Assembly: GCA_026023565.1 (NCBI GenBank)
Contig: JAPETS010000005.1
Location: forward strand, 62,001-126,000
DNA length: 64,000 bases
Direction of reading: 5' to 3'
DNA from: Cirrosporium novae-zelandiae
Taxonomy: Eukaryota
Positions 48,648-60,801 of the stretch are shown piece after piece (position 1 is the stretch's first letter; the number at the start of each line of letters is the position of its first letter). The notes under the pieces are model-generated. The model searched no databases. It saw only the letters and a list, made by a program, of their open reading frames with translations, and was not told the origin of the DNA. Position numbers and translations under genes: made by a program.

Positions 48648-49466
48648 TCAATCCTCGAGATCTGGAAGTTGGTTGAAAGATCCATGGTCTAAAGTGTTGA
48701 ATCCGTCGTCCGAATCATTTATTATATCTTCGAGAAAATGGTGCCAGCTAGGATCCTCATCTGAAGTATTAGCGTCGTAGTCAAAGAGATGGATGTCATT
48801 ATCAAAGACATTGATTTCATTATTTGATATGTTGGCTTCGTTGTCCAAAACGTTGGTCTCTAGGCTTTCGGTTGTCTCGAAGCTTCCGGTTGCCTCGAAG
48901 CTCCCAGTAGTCATGATGCTTTCGGAGATTTCATTGGCCTCTTTATCTATAACCTCGAATGGTTGTATCAACGTCTCTGATAACGGGAGACGCATATCTC
49001 TAGATGGTTGACCCCAATTCCGACGGTTTCTAGGACCTTCCTCCACCAGGTCTTTTATTTGACCCGATGTCAAGTTCCTCATGCCACGGGTTGTATTGAT
49101 TCGTTTCATATCACCTGTGAGTTCTGCCTCTAGTTTGTCCACAAAACGCGCGGAATCTTGTCTCGGTTCCCAAGCTATTAACCGCCCTTCTCTTCTGAAC
49201 CGTGTCCGTCTCATTGCGATGACACTAAGCCCGGGTCGTTTATCCTTGCCATCGACAGAAGGCTCTATCGCCATACGGGCTCTAATATCAATATTTGAAA
49301 TGCGCAAGTCTTCCCGTATTATAGCTTCCATTCTTGCACCCTCAACTTTTGTCGAGAATGTTGAAGGCATAGGAAAGTTTTTGACCGCCCATCCTAAATT
49401 ATCTAGAAGGATGCGCCCTTGGTCGTCTCTCATATGCCCAATGGTGTTTATTTTTGCTGGGCGCAT
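48648..49466 (-). CDS. Hypothetical protein, probably the 3' part of a larger gene with damaged upstream exons
   Basis: 272-codon ORF with a basic domain (DIRARM...IAMRRTRFRREGRLIAW) and an acidic tail; in-frame TAG at 49518-20 shortly upstream; splice-like signals near 49680 and 49795. Confidence 0.5.
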   Translation of the reverse strand: MRPAKINTIGHMRDDQGRILLDNLGWAVKNFPMPSTFSTKVEGARMEAIIREDLRISNIDIRARMAIEPSVDGKDKRPGLSVIAMRRTRFRREGRLIAWEPRQDSARFVDKLEAELTGDMKRINTTRGMRNLTSGQIKDLVEEGPRNRRNWGQPSRDMRLPLSETLIQPFEVIDKEANEISESIMTTGSFEATGSFETTESLETNVLDNEANISNNEINVFDNDIHLFDYDANTSDEDPSWHHFLEDIINDSDDGFNTLDHGSFNQLPDLED

Positions 49467-51550
49467 GTTTTTGTATTCGAACAGAATGTCAGGGCGTTTA
49501 TCTCTGGTGTCAAATCTCTAAGTTTTATGAGGCCCATAGTTGGCCGTCACGTCCCCCGAGTTCCTTCCGCGAGCAGGTCTGAAATTTATTGTTGTCCAAT
49601 CAAGTTAATGAAGGAATCTATGGTTTGGAATGAAGCTAATGTCTAGGTCCCTCGGGATGATCCAGAAAGAAAGGTTAACTTACCATATTCATCGTCTGTG
49701 ATACGCTGATCTTTAGCCTACTGCCAAAGGTACTTTGCGGGTTCTACCGTAAACGCTTAGTGACGTCCCAAGGAATAGGAATGTTTAAGCAAACTCACCA
49801 GCTGTGCCGAGCTCCCTAGTGTAGGGTAAGCCGTCTTCAAAGAAGACATGTGGAGATGGATTTTTTTCTATTCGCATGTTTATCAGCTTTGATACCTGTT
49901 GAGTTTGACTTTAAATGCTGACCTTTGTACTCCTGACCCCTGATTCCAGCAACTCTTTTCTGCATCGATTTTTGAGCTCTACTACGATCTTGTTTCTTTC
50001 TACTTTCCATTCTCCCCTTGAGTCTTAGGTTCACTTAGAACCGCCATCCTACATCAATCTATTCAGCAAAGAATAGTTAGCAACGACCATCAATAAGCCT
50101 GAATTTTTCTTGCAAGCTAAATAGACTCAAGTGGACGAACCTCGGGATCCTTGATGTGGTTGTGCGATAGCGTATTCAATTATAGGATCTCTAAACTCGC
50201 ATCTTTTGCTATTATGATGAGAACTGACTGTCTCTCGACAATAAGGATTCCACGTCTTGGAAGGAAGGACACTAACAGAAAGGGTTTAAATGGCGTCTCG
50301 TTGTATCAGGCGAAGCCGAGAAGATCAACTATCCTCAAACTAGAGCCCTTGACCTTGAGCTTGAATTTGAGTTCTTGATCGAATCCTGAGTACTGTGGTC
50401 TGCATAAGGATCTCTCGGACACTTTAGTCTTAGAGTTGAGCGTGTAGTCGGGGCTCCACGCTTTGAGAACCAATAGGTTGCCAACGGGTCAAGAACCCCT
50501 GGCCTCAAATGGATAAAGAAATATTGTCGACTAGTTCGTTGTCCTCTCGTATTTAAGATGAGTGAGTTGATGGTATTGAACAAGAATTTGGAGATGTGAT
50601 GGAGTAGAAGGTGTGAAAGCTATTGAAATTTTTTCAAGAAGGGGTACTGGTGTTGACGGGTGATGGACAATCCTCAATCATTTTCAAAAAGAATTCCCGT
50701 TAAAGCAAATGTTGTGTTGTGTCAACGAGAAATCAACAAGAACTCAACCAGAGATCAAAAAGAGGATCAGAGAATCTACCGTAGGTGTTGCTACGCCCGA
50801 ATCTCCAGTTTATGAATAATTGAAGCTCAGGAATCTGCCCAACCGCCCCACAATACATGATATTCATCCCAAATTCTTAAGCTCTGAAGTTTCCGTCTCT
50901 CGTGGTTATAGTTTCAAGCTTCCTTTGGCATTCTTCACGATACGTTCTTCACGAGGTGGTCCTACATCTGTCATGGCTATCTAGATGGAAATATCGAACT
51001 AGCTCTTGAACCACCTACATCGCATCTAACCATTGTCCAGCACGGGTTCTTACTTGGAAACGGTTTAAGAGAAGCCCTTTCATGTTCACCGAACCGTGCA
51101 AAGTGAAAATTGATGCCCAAATCTCATAAGAAATGGAGCTATTCGTCACCACCTCGATTCGGATGTCATTGGTTTCCAGACATGTTCATTTGTTCTGCAG
51201 AGTAAATACCAGAGAGTTAAAGCAAGAGATTCTTATGAGAAAGACGAAAAGGAGATACTTAGCTGACCTGGATCTATCTGGCTTGCTTTCAAGTTATTTC
51301 TCTATACTAGTGGAAGTGCGGTTACTGTAAATAGCTTACCACGGGGCTCAATATGTAGGTAGAATAATATATAGTCGTGTCAATACTATAATATATATAA
51401 TGCCAGCATTTACAAAATCTGTAAATAAATGTTCTAGAAAACTATATGGCAGCTAAGGACTATTTATCTTATGACTATATCCCTTCATGTGATGTTCTTT
51501 GATGTTTGTGTTTGACATATCTAGATTTTCTGCAGGTCACAATGTGAATT

Positions 51551-51585
51551 CTTATCTGTCCGTCTTATCGCTACACCCGTTTATC
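51551..51585 (-). promoter_or_regulatory. Three clustered GATAA sites (AreA/Nit2-type) upstream of the deaminase
   Basis: CTTATC 51551, CTTATC 51564, TTTATC 51580, all in the same orientation, 100-135 bp before the ATG. Confidence 0.5.
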
Positions 51586-51684
51586 TCCGCCAATTGATTG
51601 CTTTCCAAACAATATTCACATCACCATTAAACGCAATTGATTGCTTCCTCATAAGGCAGCTTCCCCCCCCCCCAAAAAAAGAAA

Positions 51685-52731
51685 ATGGATATCTCAACCT
51701 TCATTGCCGGTCTCCCCAAAGCGGAGCTCCACGTGCACCTAGAAGGAACCCTAGAACCAAGTCTAGTCAAAAAGCTCGCCCAGCGCAATGGCATCAACGA
51801 TATCACCGTCGACGAAAGCACTGAGGGCTTCGTCTTCACCGACCTCACCAGTTTCCTCGCAGTGTACTATCCCAACATGAGAGTCCTCCTAAAAGAAGAC
51901 GACTTCTTCGACCTCGCCTGGTCCTATCTCCAAAAGGCCCACAGCCAAAACGTGCTCCACAGCGAGATGTTCTTCGATCCCCAAGCGCACACCAGCAGGG
52001 GTGTCCCATTCCCCACAGTCCTAGCAGGCTACCGCCGAGCGATCCTCAAAGCACACCGCGAGCTCGGCATCAGCGCCCAACTAATCCTATGTTTCCTACG
52101 AGACATGAGTCCCGAATTCGCCATGGCCACCCTTATGAACGCCCTGCCCTACAAAGACTGGATCGTAGGCATCGGCCTAGACTCAGACGAGCGGGACAAC
52201 CCGCCCAGCAAATTCGCAGCAGTCTTCGCTCGCGCTAGAGCCGAGGGCTTCATGCTCACGGCTCACTGCGACATCGACCAGGAGGGTAGCATCCAGCATA
52301 TCCGACAGGTTCTCGAGGATATCGGCGTGGATAGGATCGACCACGGCACCAATATCGTTGAGGACGAGTCTCTCGTGGAAATGGCGCGCGCCAGGGGAAT
52401 CGGGTTCACGACCTGTCCTGTCTCGAACTCCATCGTTACGGAGGACTTCAAGGGGAAGGAGATTCTGGATCTCCTGCGCAAGGGTATTAAAGTCACGGTT
52501 AATTCGGATGACCCTGCGTACTTCCGCGCGTATATGAATGAGAATTTGCTCAGGCTTGCTGAGGCGGAGCAGGGGCAGGGGCAGGGGAAGGGGCAGGAGC
52601 AGAGGCAGGTGACGAGGGAGGAGCTGGTGAGGCTTCAGAGGAATGCGTTTGAGGTTTCTTGGATCTCGGCGGCGAAGAGGGATGGGTTTTTGGGGGAGCT
52701 TGATAAGTATGTTAAGGCTAATTCGGAATGA
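51685..52731 (+). CDS. Adenine/adenosine deaminase family protein, intronless, atypical active site
   Basis: LPKAELHVHLEGTLEP, EMFFDPQAHT, RIDHG, VNSDDPAYF; HCDIDQ in place of HAGEE. Confidence 0.92.
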   Translation: MDISTFIAGLPKAELHVHLEGTLEPSLVKKLAQRNGINDITVDESTEGFVFTDLTSFLAVYYPNMRVLLKEDDFFDLAWSYLQKAHSQNVLHSEMFFDPQAHTSRGVPFPTVLAGYRRAILKAHRELGISAQLILCFLRDMSPEFAMATLMNALPYKDWIVGIGLDSDERDNPPSKFAAVFARARAEGFMLTAHCDIDQEGSIQHIRQVLEDIGVDRIDHGTNIVEDESLVEMARARGIGFTTCPVSNSIVTEDFKGKEILDLLRKGIKVTVNSDDPAYFRAYMNENLLRLAEAEQGQGQGKGQEQRQVTREELVRLQRNAFEVSWISAAKRDGFLGELDKYVKANSE

Positions 52732-53750
52732 TAATAATAATGTTGATGATGCGTTTTTTTTGTTGGTAAAATAAATGGGATTTTTATAAGGGTTTCCTGT
52801 CTCCTTGGTTGGTTTTTTATTTTATTTATTGCCCTTTAATCCTTACTACTAATAATGAGAAGATGGGCAGCTATCTCGTCTCTACTATACCAAAAGCCCT
52901 TTACATTTAGAACCAGAAACTACTATTAATGGATATGACTAACCAACCCATGTCTACCATCGACTACCCATCACCTCCAAAACCCCCCACAAAAATAACC
53001 CTCCTTTTACCTCAACCCCAATCATCCTATTTCTATTCTATCTCACCATCACAAAGCACAAGGCACAAGGGGGGCAAAGACATCCCCCCCGCCATAGCTA
53101 TATACATTTACCTTATAAACTATTGAACTACGCACTACACTGCACTGCACTACACCATATTCAATATATTACAGTATGCATATAACTAGGTTTTTGACTC
53201 AGTAATCCCAGTCGGTCAGTCAGTCACCTTTTGGATATAACTCAACATAAATAGAGAGGATGGAAGGAAGGAAGAGGGGGGGTAAGGGTAGAGAAGGAAG
53301 ATAAACAAGAAAACACGATGGGAGGAAATGGTGACAATGTGATGTATTGCTTGCGATTGCGGGGTTTGGGTTGGGAAGTGAGTTGCTTGAGCAGTGAAAT
53401 ATGTTTGCGAATGAGTGAGTAGGATAGGGAGGTGCTACTATACTTCGGCCACAAGCAAGTTAGGGCTTGGATAGTTAGTAGCTCAAATCCGTAAAGGCCC
53501 TAGTTAGTACCTGTCCTTTTGTAAGGTAAGGGATCTTCCATTAATTATATAAATTCAAAACGACCAAGGGTCCCTAATATATATTCATTCGTCTTTTGAA
53601 AATTGGGCCTGTTGTGAAAAGAACTAGTACGAGAGGGATAATTATCTCCGATCGAATTTTCTTTCTCCCCTCTGTCATATGTTATAACGGCTAGGATATG
53701 GCTCAACAAGGCTCACAAAGCTTAAATCCTGGGATATATAAATCTTTCAA

Positions 53751-55389
53751 CTACTTAGCATGACTTACATCCACCTGTCGATTGACCACAATTCCCCCCA
53801 CTAGAATCCGCTTCTGGCTTTCTGAATCCCCAAGGCTGCTTAGGCTGTTACTCCGTTCCCCGACCTGGCCACCACTACCACCACCTTTGATGGTTGTTTC
53901 CATGGCGGATACGTGTTGGAGATTCTGGTGGTTTAGTTCGTGGGATTGGAACTCTTGGTAGGTGCGATGGCTGTTGGAGGGCCAGGGGGGTTGGTGGTTT
54001 GCTGGGGGGTTGGAGGCGTTGGAACCGAGGTTGAAGAAGCGTTGGAGGAGGGGGCGGAGGGTCTGTGAAGGTGAAAAAGGAGTGGGTGAGTTATTTTTGG
54101 GAAGATGGAGGTGGATATGTGGGTGGCAGAGAGGGCTTTCTTACGCTTATATTCCCGACAATCATTCCGATGCCATTTTCTGAGTCTAAGGACCACAGTG
54201 TTAATACGACTCTTAGTTGACGAACTGAGCTCACAGGTCAGTAGACTTACAGCCCCAAATAACAATCTTTACAACGCCATCTATGCAGGACAAAAAGTTA
54301 GCATTCGTGTAATACTTTTCAGACCTCTTTCATAAATATAGATCCAATATAAGAGGCCTTTCGCTAGAAAGAACTTACAGAGGTAATCGTCAGAGTTTGA
54401 AAGGTTGATTGTATATTTAAGGCGAATCAAGCCTGAAACGCTCGCGCTATAGAAGTTTCGGCAAACGAACAGGGAAACCCAGTAACTTGGAGGAGAGCAA
54501 CTTACAAAATGCCCAAGCTTAAAAGGCCAGCTACAGAGATTTTTGCATTGCGGTTGAGCTTCACATTCCACAGAAGAGGGATAGGTCTAGGGGTATTAGC
54601 TTGACACTCAAGTTTTAATTGTTGACCGGGAAATATAGTTAACGTACAACAAGGCACAAAACCAATCGGTTGAAATATTTATTGCTGTTGTGACATAGTA
54701 GACCATCACAAGAATGTTTGCATCATTGCAATGTCCTCCAGGGGTAGATGTATCCCATGCATACCTAACATGTTGAATTAGTATTCAATATTATATTCGC
54801 GGTCCAGTCAGGATTTAGGTGAGTATTAAAAATCGTTAGCTTACGAGATAGGTGAGCACTGAGCTATAATGTAGATGGCTGCGATAATGTTCATGGCGGT
54901 GAAGGCAAACATAACCACATATAGACCGTATACGTAGAATTTTCTTCCAGTGGCAATGCGAAGCAAGGTAAATGCAATACTCAATTTAATCGGAATAATG
55001 GACGTGCAATAGAAGACTTCAAACATGAAGAACCACTATAAAAGTAAGCATCTAAAATTGACAATATTTTGTTTTAGAGATTGGGATGTACTTTAAGACC
55101 CTCGACTGATTCGCCCTTTGTTAGATTCCAGGTATGAACCCCAATGCCATGGTAGGATCCCATGAGACAAGATGCGACGAGGACAGCGAAGGGAGCCTAG
55201 AAGAATTAGTATTCCGTCATAAGGGACTGGAGCTAATGTAGTTACAGCAGCCACGATCATACTCCAATCATCATAACCCCAGGATGCTTTCGTGAGCCGT
55301 GTATAGATTCGTAATATCAGCAGGGGATATGCCAAGGAGCACAAAGCTATCACCGTCGCCGCAAGCTGTGGGGAATTATCTTGAAGCAT
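53751..55389 (-). CDS. PTH11-like integral membrane protein (fungal rhodopsin-like domain, no CFEM); about 8 exons
   Basis: LRIYTR..WGYDDW, IKLSIAFTLLRI, QCSPISYAWD, ISTDWFCALLPIPLLWNVKL, ASVSGLIRLKY, SENGIGMIVGNIS|TLRPLL; stop at 53751-53. Confidence 0.88.
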
Positions 55390-57189
55390 TTTCAAATATT
55401 CGCGTCACTGCATGCGCTGCGTATAATAATGCCAACTATTACACACAGGCCAGTGAAAAGACTGCTACAAGTGATATCTGTCGTGAACAGGTCTCTTATG
55501 GTCACTATAAGAACACGTCCGTCAAATAACGAGAGAAAATAACTGGTTAAGATAGACTATAAATGATAGGGCGAATAAAATATTATAGGTTAAAATAGAA
55601 AGAAGCAAAGCTTCACAGTAGCAGTAGAAAGCAATGGACATGCAGAAAGGATCTTTGGCTGTTGAGATAAGATGGTTTTATTGCAGAAAGCCCCAGTACG
55701 GGGATTCAAAGAACGGTAGGGAGAACAACATTGTGGAGAAGTCAAACAAGCACTTGCTGACCCCGTCCATGTAAAAGATGGCGCAAATGAGTCCATACAT
55801 TCTTAATTGAGACATAAAAGCATGGGGTATGCTGTATAGCCAAGGTTTATACAATGGTCTAGTAGGTAAGTAAACTTCCCATGCCACTAGCAATACCTAG
55901 GGCATGGACCTAACTGCTATAGTCGCGACAATCATCGGTTCTGGGCCCGCACATTATTCCCGAAAGCTCCACCAGACACTGACTCGATCTCATCAGAGTA
56001 TGCATGCCGTGTCCAGGAGGATTAAGATAAAAGCCACTGGGTATTTGGGCCTATCCCAAAGTAGCATTGTGGACCTGCATCATAGACTGGAAGCTTTGTT
56101 GCTTAAAAGGAGAGCTGCTGTCTGTATGGGTGTACCATAGTCTATCCATCAATGGGTAGGCTTGCTCAACTATGCTAAGACATATGCCAAGACTCCTATT
56201 TTTTTTTAGACTGTACATATAGATCGACACTTTGTTATTCCCGGGTTGTCAAGCATCAGGTACAATTAAGGTTTGATGTGCGTTGCATGGGGGTTGTGTT
56301 AGAGCTCAATATGTCAAGGTGTCAAGGTGTCAAGATGTCACGGGCGTCAAACATCAAATATCTCAGTGAACCATCATGTGATCAGCATATCCAGTTACGT
56401 AAATAAATTTTAGATCAATCATCTACCTAGGTGCTACCCGAGGTGCTACCCGTATAAAGCTGTAAGCGAGGTTCCACACACAAGATACTGAGGTTATCAG
56501 CTCTCATTTTTCACACAATGATAGAATATTGTGCATAATGTAAATACGCAAGATCGAGATTGTACCACTCTATTAGTCCGAAGTTAAAACCGAATCTTCA
56601 GCAATGGCAACCATGACATCTTCTCAATACAGCTTTTTAATAAGCCTCTTTACTTATCTATGCTGATACAGTCAGCCTACAGAGAACGTAAATGCATGAA
56701 TGAAACTGGCCTAACATCATTCTTAAGATAAAAGACCCTAAAATGATTCTACTTTAAAGAACATTATCGTGTGACGAGATATCAGTTTGGCTTGCTTATA
56801 GGTAGTATCACTATCATAAATGTAGCTCTCTCTAGCATCCCAGTAATTAATCAACTCCTGCAATCTAAGAGTAACAGAAGCATCACGATATAAAGCCTCA
56901 TCTTCATAATATCAACGAACAAAAATATAGAGGCGATCAGATGCTAACTAGAAAAGTTACATTAGCCGTTATATACATATTGTCATTTTCCGAGGTCGAC
57001 TATAATTAATACGGCTTGAAGGGTCCCTTCAAAACATTGGAGACTTTGAACTATATCTAGGTACTAGTTGGACAGTACCAAGGTAAGATAGTGAATGACA
57101 ATTATTGAAGGGAATTGGTCTCTAGGCGTAAACATAGATGGATGCTTAATATTAAATAATATTAGTTAATCGTTTGGAGGCTGTATGGG

Positions 57190-57859
57190 TAAGGGGATTC
57201 CGTGGCAAAGTACAGGCTTTTCTTTTAGTAGATCTAGCCGGTCTAGGTGACGGTACTCTGTATGTAGGGTGCTGTTGGGAAGAATAGTTGATTTTATGTA
57301 AGCTTTGACTTACATGTGTAGCTTGACTGTTGTATTGACCCGAGAATTTACGTCGAAAGAGATAGTGGTCCAGTGTAAGCTTATTTCAAGGGTAAATAAA
57401 ACATTATATATGGTATCGAATTCAGCGACACCTTCATTGTCAGTTAGCTACATCCCACATAAAATAACGTGTTCCAGCGATTCCATTGTAGACACCGGCT
57501 GTGTTGGCCTGTTACAATTCCGTTGTCAGCAAAATAAGACAATTAAATCTGTCAGATGTGGCAGTGACCGTTCAAATGATCACAAGCATTCCAGTCACAG
57601 GTCCACAGGTATTTGCGTTAATCAATTCGAGCTTCATGTATACATCGACACCAGCTTAGTTCTCACGGATATCTAAGCAAATCCTCTAGTTCCGACTTAC
57701 CAGCACAACTTTCGGATACCTGAACCATTATGCCAATAAATTGGTCTCATTATCTCTACCTCATCTTTGACCTTCGCATAATCATACTTTTAATCATGGT
57801 AGGCTGTAACAGAACTGACGAATAATGCAATAATGGAAGGGCCATACAATTTTGAGCAT
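57190..57859 (-). pseudogene. Decayed fungal secreted intradiol ring-cleavage dioxygenase-like gene
   Basis: Hand translation gives DIREN*AGVDVYMKLELINANTCGPVTGMLVII*T|ANTAGVYNG...LCGM*LTDNEGVAEFDTIY...SGQYNSQATHV/VKAYIKSTILPNSTL, collinear with the family motifs but with several stops and frameshifts. Confidence 0.75.
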
Positions 57860-59103
57860 TAAGGTCATTGTAGATGTAGGAGATAGGAGAAGGATAGTTG
57901 CCAGCAAATGTGACCTAGTAATCCAAATCGAAGTTAGGGGTGATGATTGCTTTTTATATCTCAACGAAGTGATCCATCGAGAACATATTTTTTTGCAAAT
58001 TTCATGGACCTGGCTAGCCCCTGGAGAACAAGAAAAAATTTTGAAAGTAAAGAATCGTTGTTACGGTTGCCTAGGCATTGAAAAATGACAAATATTAGTT
58101 AGAAATTAGAAGTGGGCTTTTGTCGATCCCCTTGAATAGTAATGGAGAGAATAGGGCAGCTGGTATGAATGTGATGTCGATGATGATCAAATTCAGAAGT
58201 CCTGTCCTTTCTATGTCCTACGGAGTTTCGTGTTTCATTAGTTTTAATTTCCAAGTGGATATCACATTACATTGCATTGCAGAGGTAACCTCAAGGTATT
58301 GTAGTCTTTTTGTCATGGATTAGTCGGTCTTGTACCTGCTTTTCTCCGATTTTCCGATGTTTTGTCCAGAGAAGATATCGAGTGAAGATCATGGCCCAAT
58401 TGACGGATAGATTGTTAATGGTATCTGAAATATGAAGCCTTGTTAGCCGTTAACCCCGAGACACTGAGTAATGAATTAGTTAATTACTGCTTGTTATTGA
58501 AAAAAAAGAGAGAAAATTTCAAATAGTCACTGAATTGCTGTGATTAGTGAATGCAGAAATGCCGAGGTTGAAGAAGCTTCTTCAGAATTTTGCGGGTTTT
58601 CTTTCTTATTTTTTCCAAATACTTGTCTCCACTTTGCTACACTTCCACATCTATCAAACTTTGATTTCAACGGAGAACGGATAAAAACTAAATTATGATT
58701 CGTAATGATTGGTAGCACAGCAATAAGAGCACTATCATGGCTAGGCCACACCAAAGGGGATGGTTTTTGAGGCAGAAGTGGGCCAGAGAAGCATCCACTG
58801 ATTCAGTTACTAAGTTGGCGATAGAAATGAACGTCGAGTTATCAAGATTGTCTAGATACGCAACATCAGCTAACACGTACAAGGAAACAAGACCTTAATT
58901 GCGTTGAGAAAAAAAGCTTGCCGTTGAAACGTCCCCCACTGCGGAGATGTGTATTTTTTGGTTGCCATGAGCTTGAAGAGAGTGGAAGGGGGATGGATAT
59001 AATCATGTCCTAGGTTCTTCTTTTTCTTCTCTTCTCTTTGTTTTGGTAGAGCGGAATTCAATAGCTAGATTTGAAAATATCATACTCCATACCGATTGCA
59101 GTC

Positions 59104-60184
59104 ATGTCCTACCAATTCTCTACTTTTGTTGGTCAACCTGATGGTTCTCTCAAGAAGGGCGTCTCAAGTCGCGGTCCTCTTGTGGGCAACCAAATACTTT
59201 TGAAGATGACCCATAGTGGTATTTGCGGAACTGATATCGTCTTCAAGAAGGCCGGTATCTGCCTTGGGCACGAGGGGGTTGGCATTGTCGAAGCCATTGG
59301 ATCAAATGTCACAAATTTCAAAGTGTAGGTCCAGCATGCCATTGCATATCTTGCAGAGCCTTGAAAGTCGTAGCTAACAGCAATTGCAAACATATAGTGG
59401 CGAACGCGCTGGATTCGGCTGGGTCCACACCTCCTGCGGCAGTTGTAATGAGTGCCTCTCCGCCCAGGAACCCTTCTGCGAGAAGAACACGGTATTCGGA
59501 AGCTCTGACCAAGATATTGGCAGCTTAGCCACCGGCGTCGTCTGGGACGAGAAATTCCTTTTCCACATTCCGGAAGCCATGGCTTCTGAATATGCCGCCC
59601 CGCTAATGTGTGCCGGTGCCACTGTCTACAGCTGCTTCAAGGAATACAATATCCGGGAAACGGATACAGTAGGCGTAATCGGAATCGGCGGGCTAGGTCA
59701 CCTTGCCCTACAATTCGCAGACAAGCTCGGCTGCCAAGTTGTCGCCTTCTCTAGAACCGACAACAAAAAAACAGAAGCCATGTCCTTTGGAGCCACTAAG
59801 TTTGCCGCCACGGCTGATGGCGCTGACCTCCAGAAGCAACTAGGCGATACGAGAATTAACCATCTCATCGTCACGACCGAGGTCCAGCCTAATTGGGAAC
59901 AATATATTCCTGTCCTCGCACCACGAGCCTCCATATATCCCCTCACTGTCGAATTGGGCACCACGTTCAACATCCCATACCTTCCCATTATCGTCAAGGG
60001 TCTACACATTCAGGGGTCAGCAGTAGCGTCACGGGCCGTTCATACGCAGATGCTAGAGTTTGCTGCCAGGAAGGGGATCAAGCCACAGATTATGAAGTTC
60101 CCGTATACACTAGAGGGCGTAGAGAAGGCGTTTGAAACGCTCGAGAGCGGCAAGATGAGGTATCGGGGTGTCATTGAGTTTTAA
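59104..60184 (+). CDS. Zinc-dependent (NADP) alcohol dehydrogenase, cinnamyl-ADH/Adh6-like; 1 intron (about 59325-59397)
   Basis: SGICGTD, GHEGVG, CGSCNEC...C, APLMCAGATVY, GIGGLGHLA, RYRGVI. Confidence 0.93.
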
Positions 60185-60801
60185 TGTTTTATGTAGATGG
60201 ATATGGACATGAATAAAGTTATGAATTAGCAATGATGATTTTGGTCTTAAGGCCATTTATTGATACACACTTTAGTGATGATGCCTGAGGATTCAATGGC
60301 TGTGACTGTTAAGATTCATGTTCGCGTGTAGTTTTTTTGGCAAGATTGTCACGATATCAAGTTCATGACCATGACAAACCACTTCAAGGATGATTGGATT
60401 TCAACCGTTGTAATTTATCAATTTAATATTTTGACCTTTGTCCCGAGGCTTTAAAGCCCGCAAGGTAGGTTAAGGAATGCACCACGTCACTCTACTGCCG
60501 AGTGAGTTATGGATGTCTAACTAATTATCCACCCGAGATTCCGTTGTTAGTCCTGCCGAGTCAACCTAAATAGATAGACTTTCCAATAGCACATGGATAT
60601 TATTCCATGCATAATTTGGTTTTGTGGATGAGTAGCTCCGGTGTTGGGCCAATCCCTAAACCCCAAGAGTAGGTAACCTTTCCTGCGCAGGATGATGTAT
60701 GCTTAAGCGTGTCACCAAGCATGTTAACAAACATGCCTTGATGTGTGACTCGCATTGCATCATCAGGATTGACCCAGGTTGTGTTACTGCAAACACCGTA
60801 T

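Noticed and set aside
52561..52610. QGQGQGKGQEQRQ insert in the deaminase as a functional motif
   Set aside because: Best explained as a CAGGGG microsatellite expansion in a loop
55560..56950. Short ORFs and small tandem repeats (GTCAAGGT x3, AGGTGCTACCCG x2) in the intergenic stretch
   Set aside because: No recognisable protein similarity or element termini; translated homology searches would be needed
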